From Candidatus Calescibacterium sp. (GTDB lineage Bacteria; Calescibacteriota; Calescibacteriia; Calescibacteriales; Calescibacteriaceae), in the NCBI GenBank assembly GCA_032249135.1, contig JAVVGL010000002.1:1-64000 (forward strand): a DNA stretch of 64,000 bases, given 5' to 3'. Within the stretch, counting starts at the first letter, position 1; the number at the start of each line of letters is the position of its first letter. Shown here piece by piece: positions 58,983 to 64,000 of the stretch. Both the position numbers and the translations under genes were made by a program. Under the pieces are notes generated by a model. That model had not been told where the DNA came from. It made no database searches and was given only the letters and a program-made list of their open reading frames with translations.

Positions 58983-59461
58983 ATGGGAAGAATAAGAAAA
59001 TATCAAGCGTCAAAAAAGGTAAAATACAAAAAAGAGCTAAAAAGGTTTGACCTGATTTTGAAAGAAATTATTTCAAGAGCTGCAAGCAAAATTATCCGGT
59101 TAGCAACTGGTAGAAAAGTAGAAGGCAAAGTCAAAATTTTTCCAGCAGAAATAAGACTTGCAAAATCTTTCTACCCGAGGGAAACCCTCCGCCATCTGAA
59201 TTTAGAACGCCCAAATTAACTTTAAAATATGAGGTTTTAGATATGAAGAAAATAAATCCTGATGTTTTTATAAGGAACCGAAAGCCGGAGGAGGTCATCG
59301 TCGGAATTTCGGCAGGAAAATACAAACAAAAACCAGAGGTATTCAGTAAAGTTGTAAAAAGATTTCAGAGATTGTCCAAGAACTTGGGAAGATTTCATAA
59401 AATTTCTCAAAAATTCAAATTCAAAAACAAAAACTCAAAAAATAAAAAACTCAAAAAATAA
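58983..59461 (+). pseudogene. Internally deleted, frameshifted Rpn-family relic, paralogous to 24208-25167
   Basis: KKELKRFDLILKEI...LATGRKVEGK...KSFYP, then GNPPPS..VLDMKKINPDVFI..KP.EV.VGI.AGK, then TWEDFIK.LK.SNSK. These blocks match the 24-25 kb copy in shifted frames, with large gaps. Confidence 0.88.
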
Positions 59462-59541
59462 ATAATCAAACCAATGAAGATATTTTCAAAAGGTTTTTCA
59501 AAATCTTATAAATAGCAACTTAGTTTATAAAATATTTCTGT

Positions 59542-61407
59542 ATGCTTGAGAAAATAAATTATCCAGAAGATATAAAAAGCCTCAGCATAAAAGAGCTCGA
59601 AGAATTGGCAAAAGAAATAAGACAAAAAATTTTGGAAGTCGTATCCAAAAATGGAGGGCACCTTTCTCCTTCTCTCGGTATGGTAGAACTTGTTCTTGCA
59701 CTCCACTATGTTTTTGATATGCCAAAAGATAGAATAATCTTTGATGGAGGGTACCAAGCGTACTCCCACAAACTCATAACAGGGAGAAAAGAATACTTTG
59801 ATACACTAAAAATATTCGGAGGATTAGGGGGTTTTTTAAGGCCGGACGAATCTCCTTATGATATATTTGGAGCTGGACATGTCGGAACGTCAATATCAGC
59901 AGCCCTCGGAATAAGGGAAGCTCTAAAACATAAATCAGAAGAAGGGAAGGTTATAGCGGTAATAGGAGACGGAGCTATGACATGCGGTATGGCATACGAA
60001 GCTATGAATCTTGCAGGAGACCTAAAATCTGATCTGATAGTGGTTTTGAACGACAACGGTATGTCAATCGCTCCGAACAGAGGAGCAATAGCCTCATATT
60101 TTTCTAAAATCATGGCAGAACCAATTTTTTACAGAGCAAGAGAATTTATCAAAAAACTCATAAAAGAAACTACATCAGCAAAAAGCCAAGATATAATAAG
60201 AATTATAAGGAGAATTGAAGAATCAATAATATCATTTTTCACCCCTGGAATATTGTTTGAGGGTCTTGGCTTTTACTACTTTGGTCCAGTTGATGGACAC
60301 AACCTAAAAGAACTTATTGAAATTTTTGAAAAAGTGAAAAAGTGGAGAGGACCAGTTCTCGTACATGTCAAAACAAAAAAAGGAAAAGGATATAAACCAG
60401 CAGAAGATAATCCAGAATTCTTCCATAGAGTTGCTCCATTCCACATTGAAACAGGAGAATTGAAAAGTAAACCTAAAACACCGAGTTTTTCATCAGTTTT
60501 TGCAGATTTCCTTGTAGAACTTGCAAAAGAAGATAAAAGAATAGTAGCTATAACAGCAGCTATGGCTTTGGGAACAGGTCTCAATAAATTCCAAGAGCAT
60601 TTTCCTGAAAGATTTTACGATGTTGGGATAGCAGAACAACATGCCGTCACTATGGCAGCAGGACTTGCAAAAGAGGGAATGCGACCATTCGCAGCAATAT
60701 ACTCAACTTTCCTACAAAGAGCTTATGATCAGATAATACACGATGTAGCAATCCAGAATCTCCCTGTAATCTTATGTATAGACAGAGCAGGAATAGTTGG
60801 AGAAGATGGTCCAACTCATCATGGAGTTTTTGATATAGCGTATTTAAGACCTATACCAAACTTTGTTCTTATGTCACCTGCTGATGAAAATGAGCTCAGG
60901 GATATGATTCTCACAGCTTGTGATCTTGGGCGCCCATGCGCAATAAGGTATCCGAGAGCAAATGCTTTTGGTTTCCCAAAAAGACCGCCCAGAATTCTCA
61001 AAATAGGTGAGGCAGAACTTAAAAAAGATGGAAAAGACCTTGTAATAATAGCTTATGGAACATTAGTTTATTCTGCATTAGAAGCAATAGAGGAAGCTGA
61101 AAAAGAGCTTGGAGCAAAAATAGCTCTAATAAACGCAAGGTTTGCAAAACCTCTTGATGTAAATCTTATTTGTGAGTATGCAGATATGACAAAAAAAGTT
61201 ATAACAGTTGAAGAAGCAAGAAGAGACGGAGGATTTGGCTCAGCTGTTCTTGAACTTCTTGCAGATAAAAATATAAAAGCTAATTTGATAAGGTTGGGAA
61301 CCCCTGATGAATTTGTAGAGCAAGGTTCAAGAGAAGAATTACTCAGACTCATAGGACTTGACAAAGACGGAATAAAAAGAGCAATTTACAAGATATTGCT
61401 TGACTAA
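59542..61407 (+). CDS. dxs: 1-deoxy-D-xylulose-5-phosphate synthase
   Basis: GGHL...LG.VEL, GDGA, LNDN, GPVDGH, DVGIAEQH, YSTFLQRAYDQ, DRAG..GEDGPTHHG. Confidence 0.97.
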   Translation: MLEKINYPEDIKSLSIKELEELAKEIRQKILEVVSKNGGHLSPSLGMVELVLALHYVFDMPKDRIIFDGGYQAYSHKLITGRKEYFDTLKIFGGLGGFLRPDESPYDIFGAGHVGTSISAALGIREALKHKSEEGKVIAVIGDGAMTCGMAYEAMNLAGDLKSDLIVVLNDNGMSIAPNRGAIASYFSKIMAEPIFYRAREFIKKLIKETTSAKSQDIIRIIRRIEESIISFFTPGILFEGLGFYYFGPVDGHNLKELIEIFEKVKKWRGPVLVHVKTKKGKGYKPAEDNPEFFHRVAPFHIETGELKSKPKTPSFSSVFADFLVELAKEDKRIVAITAAMALGTGLNKFQEHFPERFYDVGIAEQHAVTMAAGLAKEGMRPFAAIYSTFLQRAYDQIIHDVAIQNLPVILCIDRAGIVGEDGPTHHGVFDIAYLRPIPNFVLMSPADENELRDMILTACDLGRPCAIRYPRANAFGFPKRPPRILKIGEAELKKDGKDLVIIAYGTLVYSALEAIEEAEKELGAKIALINARFAKPLDVNLICEYADMTKKVITVEEARRDGGFGSAVLELLADKNIKANLIRLGTPDEFVEQGSREELLRLIGLDKDGIKRAIYKILLD

Positions 61408-62804
61408 CTGAAAACCTCACGAGCTATTTTTCTTCTCATAAGGAGAATGAATTCCTCCCTCTGACCATAAAAATCTCCGCTTGACATAAATACTACTCCT
61501 ACCTTTTTCCCCCGAAACATATTATTAGATTGAATAAAGTCAAAGATCTTCAAAGCTACATCCTCGGAGTATTCTGCGTAAATTCCACGGCTTCTCAGAA
61601 AATCAACTACCTCTTTTACATCAAGCTTTCTTCCAGCAGGAACTTTTTCTTCTCTATATATTTTCCCGATAAATACAGCATCAGCAAGCTGGAAAACTCT
61701 TTTGTATCCTTCCTGATGAATATTTGTGCGAGATGTAAAAGACCGTGGTTCAAAGGCTAATAATATAACATCAAAAAAATCCCTCAGAGACCTTATGCCA
61801 GATTCTATCTCTGTTGGATGATGGGCAAAATCATCTATAACACAAAAATTCTGAATCTCGTATATAATTTCAAGCCTCCTTTTTACTCCCCTAAAACTTC
61901 GGATTATATCTGCTGCTTTATCATAACTTATAATGTCAGACACCAAAGATATTGCTGCAATTGAATTCAGAATGTTATGTCTTCCAAAAAGATGTATGGA
62001 AAAATCCCCCTGAAACGGTATATTTGATATTTTAAATTTATATCCGATGTCAAAAATTGATATTTCAGTTGGGAAAAAGTTAGCTTTGTCATCATACCCG
62101 TAAGAAACTTTTTCTTTTGCTCCTGATCGCTCAGCTACCAAATTTCCATGTTCAGAAAAAAAGAAAACAAGCTTATCTTTTATCTTCTTTGAAAACTCAT
62201 AAAAAGCAGAAATGTAATGATCAAAATCTGCATAAATATCAGCGTGATCAAACTCAATAGGACCAATAATAGCTCTTTTTGGCTCAAAATGCCAAAACTT
62301 CGGTTTCTTGTCAAAGAATGCTGTATCATACTCATCACCTTCTATCACAAAAATATCACCATCCCCTACCTTGGCACTTACTCCGAAATTTATTGGTACC
62401 CCTCCTACGAGGAACGAAGGTGAAAGACCTGCAGAATTAAGAAGGTAAGCAACCAAAGATGTAGTTGTGGTTTTACCGTGTGTCCCAGCAATAACAAAAA
62501 AATCTTTTTTTCCAAAGAATTCATTTATAACCTCAGGGTAAGACATTATTTTTTTCCCTTTTGCAATAGCCTCCTGTACCTCAACATTATCGCGACTTAC
62601 AGCATTGCCCACTACAACAAGGTCCGCATCTTCAACATTCTTTTCAGAAAAACCATATGTTCTTATGCCAAATTTTTTGAGTTGATCAGAGATTGGAGGA
62701 TAAAAAAGCGAATCCGACCCCGAAACTTCAAACCCTAAACTTTTTAAAAGAACAGCGACTCCGCCCATCGCTGTACCACAAACCCCAACGATATGTACAC
62801 GCAT
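61404..62804 (-). CDS. mpl: Murein peptide ligase (UDP-MurNAc:L-Ala-gamma-D-Glu-mDAP ligase)
   Basis: GVCGTAMGG, GSD..YPP.S, GTHGKTTT, EGDEYDTAFFDK.PKF, EFDHADI, DDFAHHPT, FEPRS. Confidence 0.9.
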   Translation of the reverse strand: MRVHIVGVCGTAMGGVAVLLKSLGFEVSGSDSLFYPPISDQLKKFGIRTYGFSEKNVEDADLVVVGNAVSRDNVEVQEAIAKGKKIMSYPEVINEFFGKKDFFVIAGTHGKTTTTSLVAYLLNSAGLSPSFLVGGVPINFGVSAKVGDGDIFVIEGDEYDTAFFDKKPKFWHFEPKRAIIGPIEFDHADIYADFDHYISAFYEFSKKIKDKLVFFFSEHGNLVAERSGAKEKVSYGYDDKANFFPTEISIFDIGYKFKISNIPFQGDFSIHLFGRHNILNSIAAISLVSDIISYDKAADIIRSFRGVKRRLEIIYEIQNFCVIDDFAHHPTEIESGIRSLRDFFDVILLAFEPRSFTSRTNIHQEGYKRVFQLADAVFIGKIYREEKVPAGRKLDVKEVVDFLRSRGIYAEYSEDVALKIFDFIQSNNMFRGKKVGVVFMSSGDFYGQREEFILLMRRKIAREVFS

Positions 62805-62824
62805 GATTTCAGTTTGAAAATAAT

Positions 62825-63844
62825 CTACGAAGTTCTGATGATCAAAAATTCTACAAACTTGTTCAAATTTTCCTTTTTACTATTTTCTATACTAATATCA
62901 TCAATTATGTCAAAAATCTTCCGAGAAATGTTTCTTATCTCATCTTCTGCTCTTTCTATTCCTTTTCCATCTTTGACAAGATAGAACACAGCATCACATA
63001 TATCATCTGGGACCTCACCATCAACCATATTTTTTCTGAGCATATCTTTTATTTTTTCAAAGTTATCAGACAAAATCACAGGTAGGGTCAATTTCCCCTC
63101 TTTCAAATCTTTAAGATGAGGTTTTCCTGTACCGTCTGGGATGAAATCTATTATATCATCTTTGATTTGGAAAATTAGACCAAAATAAAATCCAAGTTCA
63201 GAAAACTTTGAAAATAAATCTTGATTTGATAAACTAAATTCACTTTTATTTTTGTACTTACCATCACAAATTATAAGTGGTATTTCTGCACTCAATCTGA
63301 ACAAAGATGCTGTTTTTTTTGATATAACTTCATAATAAAAATTCAAAATATTTTCCCTTGCTTCATAAGATGGTATATTTTCAACTATGATTTTGAATTC
63401 AAGAATTTGACCTTCTGCCATCTGCCTTGCAACCTCGGAAAACCTTCTTATAAGATGAATGTTACCAATTTTTGCAAGCTCGTCTGAAATGACTCCGAGT
63501 AAAAAAGCAGCAGATATAACCGCAATTTTGTTTCCCACAACAACATTCAAAGATGGCTTACCTCTTCTCATCGTTGAATTATCTATAACATCATCCAAAA
63601 TCAAAGAAGCCCCATGTAAAAGTTCAACGCATGCAGATGATGAAATCAAATAATCAAAATTGAGCTTAAAATCAAATCCATCTACTAAAATATCTGCGCA
63701 TAACATAGTTAAGGAGGGTCTTATTTTTTTTCCTCCGCCATCAAAGACATATGTCAAAGCAGAATATATTACATCGTTTATCTTAGCTCTCTCTAATATA
63801 TCCATTATTTTTCTTTCTACCTTGTCTATGTTCTTGTGAAACAC
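62825..63844 (-). CDS. Long-chain polyprenyl diphosphate synthase (IspB-like)
   Basis: GGKKIRP, ASLILDDVID...RRG, GQ, KTA.LF, FQIKDD..D, GKP...DL.EGK.TLP. Confidence 0.93.
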   Translation of the reverse strand: MFHKNIDKVERKIMDILERAKINDVIYSALTYVFDGGGKKIRPSLTMLCADILVDGFDFKLNFDYLISSSACVELLHGASLILDDVIDNSTMRRGKPSLNVVVGNKIAVISAAFLLGVISDELAKIGNIHLIRRFSEVARQMAEGQILEFKIIVENIPSYEARENILNFYYEVISKKTASLFRLSAEIPLIICDGKYKNKSEFSLSNQDLFSKFSELGFYFGLIFQIKDDIIDFIPDGTGKPHLKDLKEGKLTLPVILSDNFEKIKDMLRKNMVDGEVPDDICDAVFYLVKDGKGIERAEDEIRNISRKIFDIIDDISIENSKKENLNKFVEFLIIRTS

Positions 63845-64000
63845 ACGAAAAAATTTATAACTTTCAAAATATTTATGAAAATATCAAACAAAAAAACAAG
63901 AATAAATACAAAATCATCAAAATCCAAAGCTCCAAAAACATAAAGCTATAAAACCATTAAAACTTCAATCATTAACCCCCAAAAAAAACTTATTAAGATC

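Noticed and set aside
55537..59500. Prophage or integrative element at the tRNA
   Set aside because: No integrase, and no duplicated tRNA 3' end seen downstream.
337..63653. Numerous 60-170 aa Phe/Ser/Ile-rich ORFs opposite real genes
   Set aside because: Antisense shadows of Lys/Glu-rich coding strands, with no motifs.

Overview
An AT-rich, gene-dense chromosomal window from a diderm, flagellated, probably thermophilic bacterium (Lys/Glu/Ile-rich proteins). Several genes point to a Myxococcota/Bdellovibrionota-like background: an AgmX/PglI-type TonB protein, a TIGR04551-like barrel, a long-form AmmeMemoRadiSam B and an ArsA/AgmR-like ATPase. Others are typical of hot-spring or archaeal gene pools: archaemetzincin, THEP1 NTPase, PDO, DUF429 and a solo Cas4. 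About 60 CDS are mostly housekeeping genes in a very scrambled order (lepA, rpsA, rplT, truB, pyrH, recA, uvrC, dxs, ispD, mraY/murF/murG/mpl, rodA, motAB, fliH, cheR/cheY). There is one tRNA-Arg(GCG) and several relics: two Rpn-family copies, an IS701-like fragment and a tryptophanase-family fragment. No CRISPR array, rRNA or prophage was seen. The most notable observations are: (i) a -10-like TA(A/T)A(A/T)T hexamer 6-10 nt before many SD-less start codons, suggesting leaderless one-gene expression; (ii) an outer-membrane barrel and a ZnuA-SH3 fusion that have both lost their His metal ligands; (iii) an Rpn gene with an in-frame amber and a candidate internal antitoxin start; (iv) recurrent tandem micro-duplications with 11-22 nt periods at gene boundaries, one giving two out-of-frame starts ahead of a (GAAA)n tract; (v) DXS with its His49-equivalent replaced by Tyr. 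All family calls come from motif recognition by eye; no database searches were run.
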